The notes beneath the pieces were generated by a model. It was not told the DNA's origin. It saw nothing but the letters and a program-made list of their open reading frames with translations, and made no database searches. Below, one piece after another: positions 1-10,261 of a stretch of 64,000 bases of DNA. A program made the translations under genes and the position numbers. This stretch comes from an uncultured Pseudobdellovibrionaceae bacterium (lineage in GTDB: Bacteria; Bdellovibrionota; FAC87; UBA2466), in assembly GCA_964604555.1 (NCBI GenBank), contig CAZRZK010000009.1, positions 11,261 to 75,260 on the forward strand. Reading direction: 5' to 3'. Within the stretch, counting starts at the first letter, position 1, and every line of letters begins with the position of its first letter.

Positions 1-2
1 TC

Positions 3-467
3 ATGAAGAGCAACGCCGATGCAGCGAAAGAGATCACTGCACGTCAAGCTCAGATCACCGCTCTTGAAGCCAAGTTGGTGCAAGTTGCTAAGGTAGATGC
101 AGAAGCGGCAAAGAAGCTCAATGCTGAGATCACTCAGCTGAAAGCTGAACTTGTTAAGGTCATGAAGAGCAGCGCCGAGACAGCGACTACTCTCCAAGCT
201 CAAATCAATCAGCTCGACCAAGAACGCGCCACTTCTTACAGCGTGACTGGAAAGCTTTTTGAAGTCGAAACCGATATCAAGAAATTGATTGCTTCGACCC
301 TGCTTGTTGGAAAGCCTGCTAAAGCAACCGTGGAAGCGATTGAAAAACGGATCGTAGAAATCGAAACTTCTCTCAAGACGATTACATCTAAGGAATCGGA
401 AGAGATGAAGAAAGGGATCCAAAACAAAATCGTAACCTTACGCAATCAACTTCAAGGGTTAAAATAA
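3..467 (+). CDS. Coiled-coil protein, C-terminal fragment (5' end outside the window)
   Basis: The ORF runs to the window edge. Composition is Ala/Lys/Glu/Gln-rich with a heptad-like pattern; no catalytic motif recognised. Confidence 0.45.
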   Translation: MKSNADAAKEITARQAQITALEAKLVQVAKVDAEAAKKLNAEITQLKAELVKVMKSSAETATTLQAQINQLDQERATSYSVTGKLFEVETDIKKLIASTLLVGKPAKATVEAIEKRIVEIETSLKTITSKESEEMKKGIQNKIVTLRNQLQGLK

Positions 468-504
468 CCTTCGAGTTCTAGGTTATAAGATAAAAAATTC
501 AACG

Positions 505-538
505 GTCTCGAGTCGAAAGACTCGGGGCCGTTTTTTTT
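505..538. terminator. Bidirectional rho-independent terminator between convergent genes
   Basis: Hairpin cgagtc-gaaa-gactcg(ggg) is followed by TTTTTTTT on the plus strand and preceded by an A-run (a T-run on the minus strand). It lies between the stop of the 3..467 ORF and the stop of rnhA. Confidence 0.5.
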
Positions 539-1055
539 ATATAAGTGGAATAGAGTAGCCGCCCCAATCACCGCGATACAATTCAATCCCCTTCTTCTGA
601 GAATAGGCGACCGCAATGCGATCCACCCTTTCGTTGGGGGCAATTCCGGAATGGGCGGCGACATGATTCCAGGTAATCTCCCGTCCCTGGGCCACTTCAT
701 CCAGCCGCTGCCAGAGATCGGGATTGGCAATCGCCTTCTTCTCCTTATTCATCCAGCCATTCCGTTTCCAGCCATGGATCCAGCTCTTCATTCCTTGAAT
801 GACGTAATTGGAATCGGAGTGAAATTCGATTTTGCCGGGGATTTTTTCAATGAGCTCCAAAGCGGAGATTGCGGCTAGGAGTTCCATGCGGTTATTGGTA
901 GTGTGCTCCTCCCCTCCCCCAATCTCCCAAACTTCCTTATTCACGACAGCGATAATGGCTCCCCACCCTCCGGGACCGGGATTTCCCGAGCAGGCCCCGT
1001 CACAAAAAATGATGATCCGATCTTTTTTGTCCATGAGGGACATGCTATCACACAC
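537..1055 (-). CDS. rnhA: Ribonuclease HI
   Basis: Matches RNase HI across the protein: IIFCDGACSGNPGPGGWGAI, TNNRMELLAAI, HSDSNYV, WNHVAAHSGIAPNERVDRIA. The true start is probably the internal Met at 1034 or 1043 (MDKKDRIIIF). Confidence 0.85.
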   Translation of the reverse strand: MCDSMSLMDKKDRIIIFCDGACSGNPGPGGWGAIIAVVNKEVWEIGGGEEHTTNNRMELLAAISALELIEKIPGKIEFHSDSNYVIQGMKSWIHGWKRNGWMNKEKKAIANPDLWQRLDEVAQGREITWNHVAAHSGIAPNERVDRIAVAYSQKKGIELYRGDWGGYSIPLI

Positions 1056-1057
1056 TT

Positions 1058-1291
1058 ATGCCTTTAAAACCGGATTCGATCGACCTGCATGGATATACGT
1101 TAGCGGCGGCAGAGAAGGTGTTTGATAAATACCTGGACCGTGCACGAATGGAGAAGAAGTTGATCGAGGTCCATTTCATTACTGGGACAGGTAAGATTCA
1201 AGTTCGCTTTAAGGAGTTGGCGGAATCGCTCGAGCTTTATCACTACTATCCGCTGAATAATCGCGGGGTGATTGTGATTGAGTTTGAGTGA
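1058..1291 (+). CDS. Smr-domain protein (small MutS-related)
   Basis: Smr signature IDLHG near the N-terminus and a size of about 77 aa. The gene is divergent from rnhA with an almost null spacer. Confidence 0.5.
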   Translation: MPLKPDSIDLHGYTLAAAEKVFDKYLDRARMEKKLIEVHFITGTGKIQVRFKELAESLELYHYYPLNNRGVIVIEFE

Positions 1292-2234
1292 GGCGTCGAT
1301 AGTAGAGAGAGACCCCTTCTTCTAATGCAGTAAATGGGGTGCGATAGCCAGCCTTTTTTAGTTTTTCCATTTTGGCTTCGGTAAAGTTTTGATAGCGTTC
1401 GCTTAATCCTGGAGGCATGTCGATAAATTCAATTTGCTTTGGACGATGGAGGGCGGCAAAACAGCTCTCCGAAAGATCGATAAAACTTCTTGATTGGCCG
1501 GAGCCTAAATTATAAATGCCTCGCGAAATATTTTGGCAGGCATAGGTCAATACTCTCACCACATCTTCAACATAAATAAAATCACGCCGTTGATCACCAT
1601 CGGCGAGATCGGGACGGTTGCTTTTAAAAAGTTTGAGTTTGCCGGTCTGTTGGATCTGGTGGAAGGCTTGGTAGACGACACTCGACATGCGCTCTTTATG
1701 GGCCTCCCCAAATCCATACACATTAAAAAATTTAAAGCCAGCCCAGGAAGAGGGGGTCAGTCCCTTTTTCTCCTGTTCTAAAACCCAGAGATCAAATTGG
1801 TGTTTCGATTCTCCATACGGATTCAAGGGTTTGAGTTGTGTCAGCTTCGATTCGTCATCGTCATAGCCAACACTTCCATCCCCATAAGTGGCGGCGCTGC
1901 TGGCATAAATAAAAGGAATTTTCTTACGGGTGGCGTGCTCCCAAAGGGCTTTGGAATAGTTGAGATTCCATTGAGTGAGATAAGAGGTGTCCAAACAGGT
2001 GGTGTCGGTGCAGGCTCCAAGGTGGATGATCCCTCCAATTTCCGGGCTAGTTTGCAGGAACTGCGCAGGGGAAAGAGGCTGCCCAAAATCGAGGGTTTGG
2101 TGCTCAGGACGAGAGAAATGGGGGAGATGGTCTATTGCAACGAACGGCCATCCTAGGGCCTGGTAGTGCTCCACCATCCGCGCGCCGATAAAGCCGGCCG
2201 CCCCCGTGAGGGCTATCTTAGTGTTGACATTCAT
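1209..2234 (-). CDS. hldD: ADP-L-glycero-D-manno-heptose-6-epimerase (NAD-dependent epimerase/dehydratase)
   Basis: N-terminal TGAAGFIG Rossmann motif and YASSAATYG active-site block typical of HldD/RfaD, plus FKFFNVYG. A ~30-aa C-terminal extension overlaps the Smr ORF convergently. Confidence 0.7.
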   Translation of the reverse strand: MNVNTKIALTGAAGFIGARMVEHYQALGWPFVAIDHLPHFSRPEHQTLDFGQPLSPAQFLQTSPEIGGIIHLGACTDTTCLDTSYLTQWNLNYSKALWEHATRKKIPFIYASSAATYGDGSVGYDDDESKLTQLKPLNPYGESKHQFDLWVLEQEKKGLTPSSWAGFKFFNVYGFGEAHKERMSSVVYQAFHQIQQTGKLKLFKSNRPDLADGDQRRDFIYVEDVVRVLTYACQNISRGIYNLGSGQSRSFIDLSESCFAALHRPKQIEFIDMPPGLSERYQNFTEAKMEKLKKAGYRTPFTALEEGVSLYYRRLTQTQSQSPRDYSADSSDKARAIPPTP

Positions 2235-2259
2235 CGACTAACTCGGTGCATTATACCCC

Positions 2260-4065
2260 ATGAAAAATGGTAAGGCCGCATCTTTTCTTATTCTAATAAC
2301 ATTACTCTGTCTTGAATGTCAGGGGGCTCTCAAATGTGATGATATCCTCCGTGATAGAAGCTTGGAAATGGTTGGATTGGCCGAAGAACTGGCGGTCTTG
2401 CGGGCCGGAAAACAGGTTAGCGACCTTTCTGGGACTAACCACAATGGTCTGACATCAGAATTAATGGCTATTACCCACCAGGTGGAATCGGAATTGGCAG
2501 TGGGGGCAGAGGCGGTCGTGAATGCATTCAAAGCTACTCTATTTGCATTTGATGTGGCCGCGGCACGGGCCGAACAAACGGAACAGCTCATTAAAACATT
2601 ACCGAAGCAACTCGGGGAGAATGGATACCATCTCGAATTGGAGGCAGAATTGGCGTCCCTGAGACAGGAGATGGCGAAGTTGGGATGGACGACATCGCAG
2701 GTTAGAAAGGTTCTCGATCACTGGACCTATGAAGGGAAAGAGGAGGATTTGATTTCAAGTTTTGCTCGTCAACAGCCGGTTGGATTCGAAGCATCCCTTG
2801 CCGCGGCCCCAGCTCCAAAGTCGCCAAAAGATCTCCTGCTCGAAAAGTTAAAGGAACGAAAGGAAAAGATCCAAGATCGAATTAAAGATTTGGAGGAGAA
2901 GGCGAAGCAGGCGGAAGATCTCATCGAAGATCTGGGAGCCGATAAGTGGGCCTCCTTAACCAAGGCCCGTGACCTGCTCAAACTAAAGGGGGATGTTCCA
3001 TTATCAGTGCTGATGCTCACCGGAAAAGCTCAATTAAAAGCGGAAGAGGTGGAGCTCATCACCAAGGAACTGGATGAATTGAGGGCCTTCTGCCTCAAAT
3101 CGGCCAAGATGGTCCGCAATGCTCGAAAGGCGCAAGCTGCCTTAGGCATCTTTATTGAAACCCATGAGGCTTATCCAAACCTCTTAGGAGAGCCTCGCAT
3201 GCGGATGACATGGCGGGAGATCGAAGATTTTCTACGGCTCGATCCCATCGCGAAAAAAGCTCAACGGCCTGCCTTCTGGCGACGATTCCTAGGAGTCGTC
3301 TGGAGAGTCATCGACTCCCCCGGAAAAGGAACGATCAAAATGGCAGATAAGTTTCTCAAGGCGATCAGTGGAAAAACGATGGCTCATACTTGGGTTACGC
3401 GCACCTTCTTATCTCTCTTTAAGGATATGTCGGGCAGACACCTGCGGGACAAATATGCGCTCGATATCATGCGGATCTATCGGGGAAAATACCGGGATGT
3501 GCGGGAGCTCATCCAAACCGTGCGGACCTACTTACCTGGAAGCCACGATGAACTCTTAGTGACGATGGCAGCCTGGCAAGAGCTGAAGAGTAGCCATTGG
3601 GAGCCGATGATGAAATTCATGAAGAAAAAAGCGGAGGACAATGAGGATTACGACAAGTTCTATGATCGAATGAAGGCAGCACAAGATACGGTGAATGCTT
3701 ATGGTTGGGCATTTAGTTTTCGAAACCGGGATGGGAAGGGTTACTATATTGTAAAAGCACTCACCAATCTTTCTCTCTATGGAGCCATCGGTGGAGGGGC
3801 TGCCTATTTAAACTTCACCCCAACCCAAGCCCCGGCTCCAGTGACCGAACCGGAGGATCCGGATGAAAAGGAAAAACGGAAGAAAAAACAGCAAAAACAA
3901 GATGAAGAGAAGACGGCGATGATCGAAGAAAAATTATTGCGGGAATTGGGAGTGGTGTCGATTGCAGTCGCTGAACCTACACTGATCACTGATGAACGGC
4001 TCGCAGCAGCGATGGAGACATTGGTAAAGGTGGAACAGGAGCTTTCGACGGCTACAAATCTTTGA
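2260..4065 (+). CDS. Hypothetical secreted coiled-coil protein
   Basis: N-terminal signal peptide (LILITLLCLECQGA), long charged coiled-coil regions and a Lys-rich segment near the C-terminus. No known domain recognised. Confidence 0.5.
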   Translation: MKNGKAASFLILITLLCLECQGALKCDDILRDRSLEMVGLAEELAVLRAGKQVSDLSGTNHNGLTSELMAITHQVESELAVGAEAVVNAFKATLFAFDVAAARAEQTEQLIKTLPKQLGENGYHLELEAELASLRQEMAKLGWTTSQVRKVLDHWTYEGKEEDLISSFARQQPVGFEASLAAAPAPKSPKDLLLEKLKERKEKIQDRIKDLEEKAKQAEDLIEDLGADKWASLTKARDLLKLKGDVPLSVLMLTGKAQLKAEEVELITKELDELRAFCLKSAKMVRNARKAQAALGIFIETHEAYPNLLGEPRMRMTWREIEDFLRLDPIAKKAQRPAFWRRFLGVVWRVIDSPGKGTIKMADKFLKAISGKTMAHTWVTRTFLSLFKDMSGRHLRDKYALDIMRIYRGKYRDVRELIQTVRTYLPGSHDELLVTMAAWQELKSSHWEPMMKFMKKKAEDNEDYDKFYDRMKAAQDTVNAYGWAFSFRNRDGKGYYIVKALTNLSLYGAIGGGAAYLNFTPTQAPAPVTEPEDPDEKEKRKKKQQKQDEEKTAMIEEKLLRELGVVSIAVAEPTLITDERLAAAMETLVKVEQELSTATNL

Positions 4066-4113
4066 CCAAATTGCCCCCTAATCTTTTGCGACGGTTCTTC
4101 CGATAGGCACGGT

Positions 4114-4407
4114 ATGCAAGACGCCAAGGCGAAACGGAAATGGACCCGCTTTGAAACCGATCCCGGTTCAGCAGCAGGGATTCAGGTCGGGGATTTTAAC
4201 CATCCCTATAAACCCACCCATAATGCGCTCTGCGTAAACGAATCATTTAGAGGCTCTTGTCTGCTCGTCACTCATATCTCCGGAATGAATATCGGCGAAC
4301 TTGTTTGGGCTAAAGTGGGAGATATGGAACCTCTCAAAGGGGAAATCCGTTGGATAGAAAAGCTGGAAGATCATATCTTTAAGATCGGTCTCTTCTGGGT
4401 CGATTGA
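4114..4407 (+). CDS. PilZ-domain protein (putative c-di-GMP receptor)
   Basis: RxxxR motif (RKWTR) followed by a (D/N)xSxxG motif (NESFRG), in a 97-aa single-domain protein. Confidence 0.55.
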   Translation: MQDAKAKRKWTRFETDPGSAAGIQVGDFNHPYKPTHNALCVNESFRGSCLLVTHISGMNIGELVWAKVGDMEPLKGEIRWIEKLEDHIFKIGLFWVD

Positions 4408-4554
4408 ACTCTCCTAAAGAATTGTGTGGACTGGAATTGGAAGGTCTCCACACTAGCGCTTGATACAAAGCGGCTGTTAACAAATAAAAACATTTTGTGA
4501 ATCAAAATAATTCACTGCGTTGAATTGTTACCCCCGGCGTGTGCAGATAGAAGC

Positions 4555-5292
4555 ATGCGTCGGGGGTTTATTATTTTGATGATACTAGGATTTGGAATCA
4601 CCCATTCGATTCCGGCGGAAGGGTTGAGCGAATCCCGCACTACGGTGTGTTGGAAAATGTTGGTAAAGGTGGCGACGGTAAAGATCCCTCGCCGCATTTA
4701 CCTCCCGCTTCTAGGAGGATTGGTTTTATTTCCAGCAGGTACCGGTTTTGTTTATCTCAGCTATCATCATGATGTAGCGGCAGTCTTTGGAGATGAAGAG
4801 CATATCGGTTACGGCATCTATTTGGATAAGGATGGAATCCTGGCCACCTTTTCCGAAGACGAGAAAGAGCTACTTAAAAATCCACTAGAAAATGCAGAAA
4901 CTGTGATCCGGTTTCTCACCGAAAAACTTTCAGGTGATGAAGATCTTTCGATGTTAAGAAATGAGGATGGGGGAACAGAAGAGAGTCGGCATTGGTATTC
5001 CCACGACTATTTCAGAGGGATCAAAGCGAGCCGCTTTTTTATTCATGATGGCCAACCACGCGGGGTTTGCCGACACAAAGCTAAAATTTTAGCGGCCGTG
5101 CTGAATTGGTTGGAAATCCCGGCCCGTTATGAAGAGGCGATGGTGGATGGTGAAAGCCCATTTTCGAGTCATGCCTTTGTCTACGTTCCGCATTTGGATC
5201 TTGTCGCCGATCCAATGAATAATGTGGTCTGGCCCAGAGCCAAATACCAACAGGTCTTTTTAGATCCGCCTTCGAAATCCACTCGAAAATAA
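4555..5292 (+). CDS. Transglutaminase-like cysteine peptidase-fold protein, secreted/membrane
   Basis: Signal peptide/TM after the Met at 4555. Core GVCRHKAKILAAVLNWLEIPARY with downstream H..D (HAFVYVPHLDLVADP) fits the Cys-His-Asp transglutaminase-like core. Confidence 0.5.
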   Translation: MRRGFIILMILGFGITHSIPAEGLSESRTTVCWKMLVKVATVKIPRRIYLPLLGGLVLFPAGTGFVYLSYHHDVAAVFGDEEHIGYGIYLDKDGILATFSEDEKELLKNPLENAETVIRFLTEKLSGDEDLSMLRNEDGGTEESRHWYSHDYFRGIKASRFFIHDGQPRGVCRHKAKILAAVLNWLEIPARYEEAMVDGESPFSSHAFVYVPHLDLVADPMNNVVWPRAKYQQVFLDPPSKSTRK

Positions 5293-5466
5293 CCTAAATC
5301 AGAAACGAAGTCCTTCTCCCCTCCAGAGCCGCGCGGAATGCATCTTTGCTTCTAGTAAACTTCCGACCGCTTGGCTCAAATGTTGGGAAAGAATATTTTG
5401 GAACAGCCGACTTAATTGCTCCTCCCAATAATCGAGCCAAGCGGCTCCGGAGGGGAGGAGATCATC

Positions 5467-7032
5467 TTAGGAGTTGTTTGAGCGTCGAGTGAGTCGCCCC
5501 ATAAACTCTTGGGCTTGGGCGTTTTTAGTTAAAAGTAGGAGCGCAATGTAAATTAATCCATAGAGAGCAAGTAAACAAATCCCCCGCAGTGACACCTGAA
5601 ACATTGGGATCTGTTTTTTCAAAAAATAGACGAACAAACCGGATAAAAGAGCCGCTCCCCAACAACTCAACAGCGAATGCCAACCCAATCCAAATTTCCC
5701 AACTCTTTTCTTGAGGAGCTTCTGCAAGAGAAGGTATTCGGCCGTGGCGACAATGGAAGCCAACGCGGTCAAGAGATAGGAGCTGGTCATGAGGTCCCAT
5801 TGGTATTTTTCACGCAGGTAAAAGATCAGGAGTGCACTGAGTCCAGCAGATAAGGCCACTCGGATGCTGGCAATCCACATGGGAGTTTTTACATTACCTA
5901 AGGCCCAGTAGGTCGAGACACAGAGACGGGATTGGGTAGAAGGCAAAAGCCCGATCGCGCTGCCCGCCAAAATAAACCAAACATAATGGGCATCCCCCAA
6001 TCCAAATCGCCCGGTTTGGAATAGCGTCGAGGTAACGATATCTCCTAACAAAATAAAGGCTACCGTTGAGGGGACGACATAAAAAGCAAGCCTTCTCAAG
6101 CCCGCCACCAATCGAGCATTCAGCGCGGTCTTAATCTCCGCCTCCGTCCCCAAAGTTTTTGCCATGGCTGGGAGTTCAGAGGCAGAGATTGCCATCCCGA
6201 AAAGGGATACCGGTAACGTATAAAGGGTCTGCGCGTAGGCAAAGGCAGAGACGGCGGCGGGACCTAGAAAACTGGCAAAGATCTGATCGAGATAGGCGGA
6301 GATCTGGATGATTCCTCGGGTCATGACGGCCGGGATAAAATGGAGGGTCACCTTTTTGACCGATTCCAAAGAAAAATTAAATTCCGGTTTAAGTCCATTA
6401 TTTAAACGAATGGCGAACGGAAGCTGAACCAAAAATTGAAGGGCAGATCCCAATCCCGCAGCGATTGCCACCCATACGACCAAATTCTCTTCGCCTCGAA
6501 AGCCACCCACAATTAAAGCGACGATGATCGCGCCATTCCACAGCACCGGTGCGAAATAGGATAGAAAAAATTTATGGTGGCTATTGAGAACTCCCAAACA
6601 CCAAGCGGAGAGAACAAGCAACCCCACCCCAGGAAAAAGCAGGCGGACCAATTGAATCGTGAGCGTCCTCACCTCCCCCTGGAATCCAGGAGCAAGAATG
6701 CCAATCAAAGCATCGGAAAAAAAGATGCCCACCGCAACCAAGATGGTGATCCCTGCGGTCAGCAGAGAAAAAAGAATCGAAGCGAGACGAGAGGCTTCAG
6801 CCTCTTTGCCTTCGGCAAGGAGTTTAGAATAGACCGGAATAAAGGAGGCGGAGAGAACCCCTTCGCCAAAAAGGTTTTGAAGGAGATTGGGAATTCGCAA
6901 CGCTGCTCGAAAAGCACCGGCCGCGTCGCTATTACCGAGGTAGTAGGCAAAGATCCGTTCGCGCAGAAGGCCAAAAAGACGGGAGAGCAAGATTCCGGAG
7001 GCAACTGCCAGCGCCGCGGGAGTTTTTTTCAT
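5467..7032 (-). CDS. murJ: Lipid II flippase MurJ (MviN)
   Basis: N-terminus LSRLFGLLRERIFAYYLG..AFRAALRIPNLLQNLFGEGVLSASFIPV is the MurJ signature. The protein is 521 aa with about 14 TM segments. Confidence 0.85.
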   Translation of the reverse strand: MKKTPAALAVASGILLSRLFGLLRERIFAYYLGNSDAAGAFRAALRIPNLLQNLFGEGVLSASFIPVYSKLLAEGKEAEASRLASILFSLLTAGITILVAVGIFFSDALIGILAPGFQGEVRTLTIQLVRLLFPGVGLLVLSAWCLGVLNSHHKFFLSYFAPVLWNGAIIVALIVGGFRGEENLVVWVAIAAGLGSALQFLVQLPFAIRLNNGLKPEFNFSLESVKKVTLHFIPAVMTRGIIQISAYLDQIFASFLGPAAVSAFAYAQTLYTLPVSLFGMAISASELPAMAKTLGTEAEIKTALNARLVAGLRRLAFYVVPSTVAFILLGDIVTSTLFQTGRFGLGDAHYVWFILAGSAIGLLPSTQSRLCVSTYWALGNVKTPMWIASIRVALSAGLSALLIFYLREKYQWDLMTSSYLLTALASIVATAEYLLLQKLLKKRVGKFGLGWHSLLSCWGAALLSGLFVYFLKKQIPMFQVSLRGICLLALYGLIYIALLLLTKNAQAQEFMGRLTRRSNNS

Positions 7033-7037
7033 TGTGG

Positions 7038-9650
7038 TTACTGATACCCTTCTCTTAGATAACTTCCGGTATCTTCAACATCTGCAGGAGGAATGGGATT
7101 GGAATTTTCTCCGGTAGCCGTAGCACGAATGCCTCCCGGCTCTCCCACTCGTCGGATATTCTCTCCCGTGGGAGAAGGGACGGTGCCGGTCTTGAAGGCC
7201 ACTCTCACTCGACGGGCCGCCGAAGCGTTGGCCAATCTTCCGCTTTCTCTGTCAATGAAGGCAAAGGAAACATCATCAGGGATCTCAAACTCACTCTTCG
7301 GAAAAAGTGGAACCGCTTTTAACATATAATCGGCCCAGATGGGAGCGGCCGCCTTTCCTCCCGTTTCTGCGGGATCGAGCGGTTTATCTTTCTCGTAGCC
7401 AATCCACACCCCGGTCATCAGCTCGGGAGTGTACCCGATGAACCAGGCATCTCGATGGTCATTAGAAGTTCCCGTTTTCCCGGCGATATTAGCGGGGACT
7501 ACCGATGCCGCCGTTCCCGTCCCTTCCCTCACCACTCCCCGCAACATTTCAGTCATGACATAGGCGGTCTGCGGAGAAATCACAAGTCCCTGCTCCACCA
7601 ACTTGGGATCCAAGGTTTCATTTTTTAGGGTAGCGGCGGGAACGGGATCTTGGGCATGGTCTTCTAATAGTTTTCCATCGGCATCCTCAACCCGTCGGAT
7701 ATAGACGAGTTGTACCGGTTTTCCGAGGCGCGGAAAAACGGCATAAGCGCGCGAAAGCTCTTCGAGACTGCTCGACCACGATCCCAATGCAATGCTGAGA
7801 TCCCGGTTCATATCGCTGGTAATTCCTAACATCCGGGCATATTGAATGACATAATCGATCGTCAGCTCATTGGTCAGTTTCACTGTCGGAATGTTCATGG
7901 AACGGATCAAAGCGAGCCGCAAGGGAATATCCCCTTCAAATTTCCCTGAGTAATTGTGGGGCCGCCAGGTCTCCCCTTGGTTATCGGCGTCAAGTTGTCC
8001 TTCAAATTTAAAAACGATGGGAGAGTCGGAAACGATGGAGGAGGGAGAAAAACCTTTGTCCAATGCAGCCGCGTAGATAACCGGCTTGAAGGTCGATCCC
8101 ACCTGACGCCTCGCCTGGAGAGCGATGTTGAATTTACTGCGATTGAAATCGGTCCCTCCCACCATAGCCCGAACATGGCCATTGGATAATTCATAGGAGA
8201 GCAAAGCTCCTTGGATCTCGGGATCCTGTTCGAGTGAAGCAATCACTCGATTCTGCCGCCGGTCTATCTTATCGAGTTTAACGGTGATGATATCCCCGTT
8301 CTTTAAAAGTTTAGATGGGATAAGTGCGGACTCCTTTAAGGAAGCCCATTCAAGGGTAGAAAAAGGGATTAAGATCGCTGTTTTTCCGATCGTAGCCGCC
8401 ACCTCTTTGGCGGTGGGATCCACCTTTTCAACCACGGCGGTGTAAAACTCTCCTTCGGTGACCGGCGTCTCCCCAAAATAGAGATCTCGATTGATTGCCG
8501 AAAGATCAAATTCGAGCCGTTTTTTTCCTGACTCTACATTGACCGGTAAAATGCGGGCCTTGGTCAGCTTTTGGACAATTTCTTGATGGTATTCCTCGAG
8601 GAACTTTTGCCGCTCTTCTCCCTCGGCAATATTTTTCTGTACACCTCGCCAACCTAACCGCTTATCCACTACTCTGAGCCCTTTTCCCACCGCTTGTTCC
8701 GCACTCTTCTGAAGATCGAAGTTTAAGGTGGTATAAACCCGATAGCCTTCGGAAAGGACCTTCTCCGATCCATATTTATTCATCAGGTATTGCCGGACAT
8801 ATTCGGTAAAAAATGGAGCGGAGGAAAGATTAAAATCTTCTAGGGCGTAAACTCGAAGTGGCGTTTCATAAGCGGCCTTGGCTTCCGCTTCGGTGATGTA
8901 TTTATCATCCACCATTCTTTTTAAAACATAGGCCTGCCGACGTTTCGAGATGGCTGGGTTATGAAAGGGATCCCAGTCATAAGGGCGTTGAGGTAGACCC
9001 GCTAGGATGGCCGCCTCTGCCAGCGTTAATTCCCCCACCGTTTTTTTAAAATAATTGCGGGCTCCTGCCCCGATTCCATAAGAGCCATGGCCCAAATAGA
9101 TGTCACTTAAATAGAGTGCTAAGATCTCATTCTTCGTGAGTTCCCGTTCAATTCTTTTTGCCAGGACGATCTCTCGCAGTTTACGGATCAGTTTCTTTTC
9201 CCGGCTGGAAAGGACCACGCCCCTGGCCACCTGTTGTGTGATGGTACTGGCCCCCTGAGCAAATTTTCCGCGGTTAAAGTTGGAGATCAACGCCCGCAAC
9301 ATCCCAAGGTAGTCAATCCCACCATGGCGATAGAAACTCGCATCCTCAGCCGAAATAAAGGCCTGTACGACATGTTTTGGAATGGAGTCGAAGGTCACTG
9401 GATAACGGCGTTCCGTGGTGAATTCACCGATCTTCTTGCCTCCTTGTGCAAAAACCTCGGTGGCATGGGAGTGACGAAAGACTTTCAGCTTCTTCACATC
9501 GGGAAGGCCTTCGGTTACCTGCTGAAACAAGAAGAATACAAGGAAGAGGAAACCTGCCGCTCCTAATAAAAGGGCAATGGAGAGGGTCCTTAACCCGCCG
9601 CGAAAAAAGAAGGGGAGCTTTTCGAAGTAACTTAGCAACTTGTCTCTCAT
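7038..9650 (-). CDS. mrcA: Penicillin-binding protein 1A (bifunctional glycosyltransferase/transpeptidase)
   Basis: GT51 motifs (EDASFYRHGGID, RGASTITQQ) and transpeptidase motifs (STFKP, SxN, KTGT) in an 870-aa protein with an N-terminal TM anchor. Confidence 0.85.
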   Translation of the reverse strand: MRDKLLSYFEKLPFFFRGGLRTLSIALLLGAAGFLFLVFFLFQQVTEGLPDVKKLKVFRHSHATEVFAQGGKKIGEFTTERRYPVTFDSIPKHVVQAFISAEDASFYRHGGIDYLGMLRALISNFNRGKFAQGASTITQQVARGVVLSSREKKLIRKLREIVLAKRIERELTKNEILALYLSDIYLGHGSYGIGAGARNYFKKTVGELTLAEAAILAGLPQRPYDWDPFHNPAISKRRQAYVLKRMVDDKYITEAEAKAAYETPLRVYALEDFNLSSAPFFTEYVRQYLMNKYGSEKVLSEGYRVYTTLNFDLQKSAEQAVGKGLRVVDKRLGWRGVQKNIAEGEERQKFLEEYHQEIVQKLTKARILPVNVESGKKRLEFDLSAINRDLYFGETPVTEGEFYTAVVEKVDPTAKEVAATIGKTAILIPFSTLEWASLKESALIPSKLLKNGDIITVKLDKIDRRQNRVIASLEQDPEIQGALLSYELSNGHVRAMVGGTDFNRSKFNIALQARRQVGSTFKPVIYAAALDKGFSPSSIVSDSPIVFKFEGQLDADNQGETWRPHNYSGKFEGDIPLRLALIRSMNIPTVKLTNELTIDYVIQYARMLGITSDMNRDLSIALGSWSSSLEELSRAYAVFPRLGKPVQLVYIRRVEDADGKLLEDHAQDPVPAATLKNETLDPKLVEQGLVISPQTAYVMTEMLRGVVREGTGTAASVVPANIAGKTGTSNDHRDAWFIGYTPELMTGVWIGYEKDKPLDPAETGGKAAAPIWADYMLKAVPLFPKSEFEIPDDVSFAFIDRESGRLANASAARRVRVAFKTGTVPSPTGENIRRVGEPGGIRATATGENSNPIPPADVEDTGSYLREGYQ

Positions 9651-9677
9651 CGATTCCTGCTCTATCCTTTAATTCTT

Positions 9678-9881
9678 ATGGCAAAGAAAGAAACTAACGC
9701 CCAGGGCTTAACCCAGGATTTAGCATTGGCCGACTTCACGGTAAAGTTGCCTTTGCATATCATCAACGATTTAAAGCAGATGGAGACCTTTTCGAAACAC
9801 TCCATAGAAGAATTGGTTTCTACAGCTCTGCTGATGTTCATAGCTACTCATAGCGATTATCTAGGCAAGTCCAATCGGTAA
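9678..9881 (+). CDS. Small hypothetical protein, possibly ribbon-helix-helix-like
   Basis: 67 aa. The pattern of a beta-strand (FTVKLP) followed by two helices resembles an RHH/CopG fold. There is no clear Shine-Dalgarno sequence, so this is speculative. Confidence 0.25.
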   Translation: MAKKETNAQGLTQDLALADFTVKLPLHIINDLKQMETFSKHSIEELVSTALLMFIATHSDYLGKSNR

Positions 9882-10261
9882 GAACCCGCCGACATACGCT
9901 GCCAACGTACTCTGATAGAATATCAAACAGACCCTTCACAATCATCACAATTCTCTAACCCCTTAAAATCAATGACCTCTTAGACTGAATACGTTTGTCT
10001 TCGTCTGGGCATACAACAGTCTTCACCTTCAAATGGATAATAAATTAGGCTGACGATTTATGGCACATCGCGTGCAAAGTATAGAATCCGTGGCTTGGCA
10101 AACTAGAGCGAAAGCAAAATCCAGTACGTTGGTTTAACGCTGTATCGTTGTAGTTGAGTGGTACGTTGAGAGAGTACGAGTAGAGTTTTGGTTTGCCTCG
10201 TCCCCTACCCCCCCAATAGCTTCGAGAGAAGCTGGACAGAAATTCTGGTGAGGGGGCGCTA

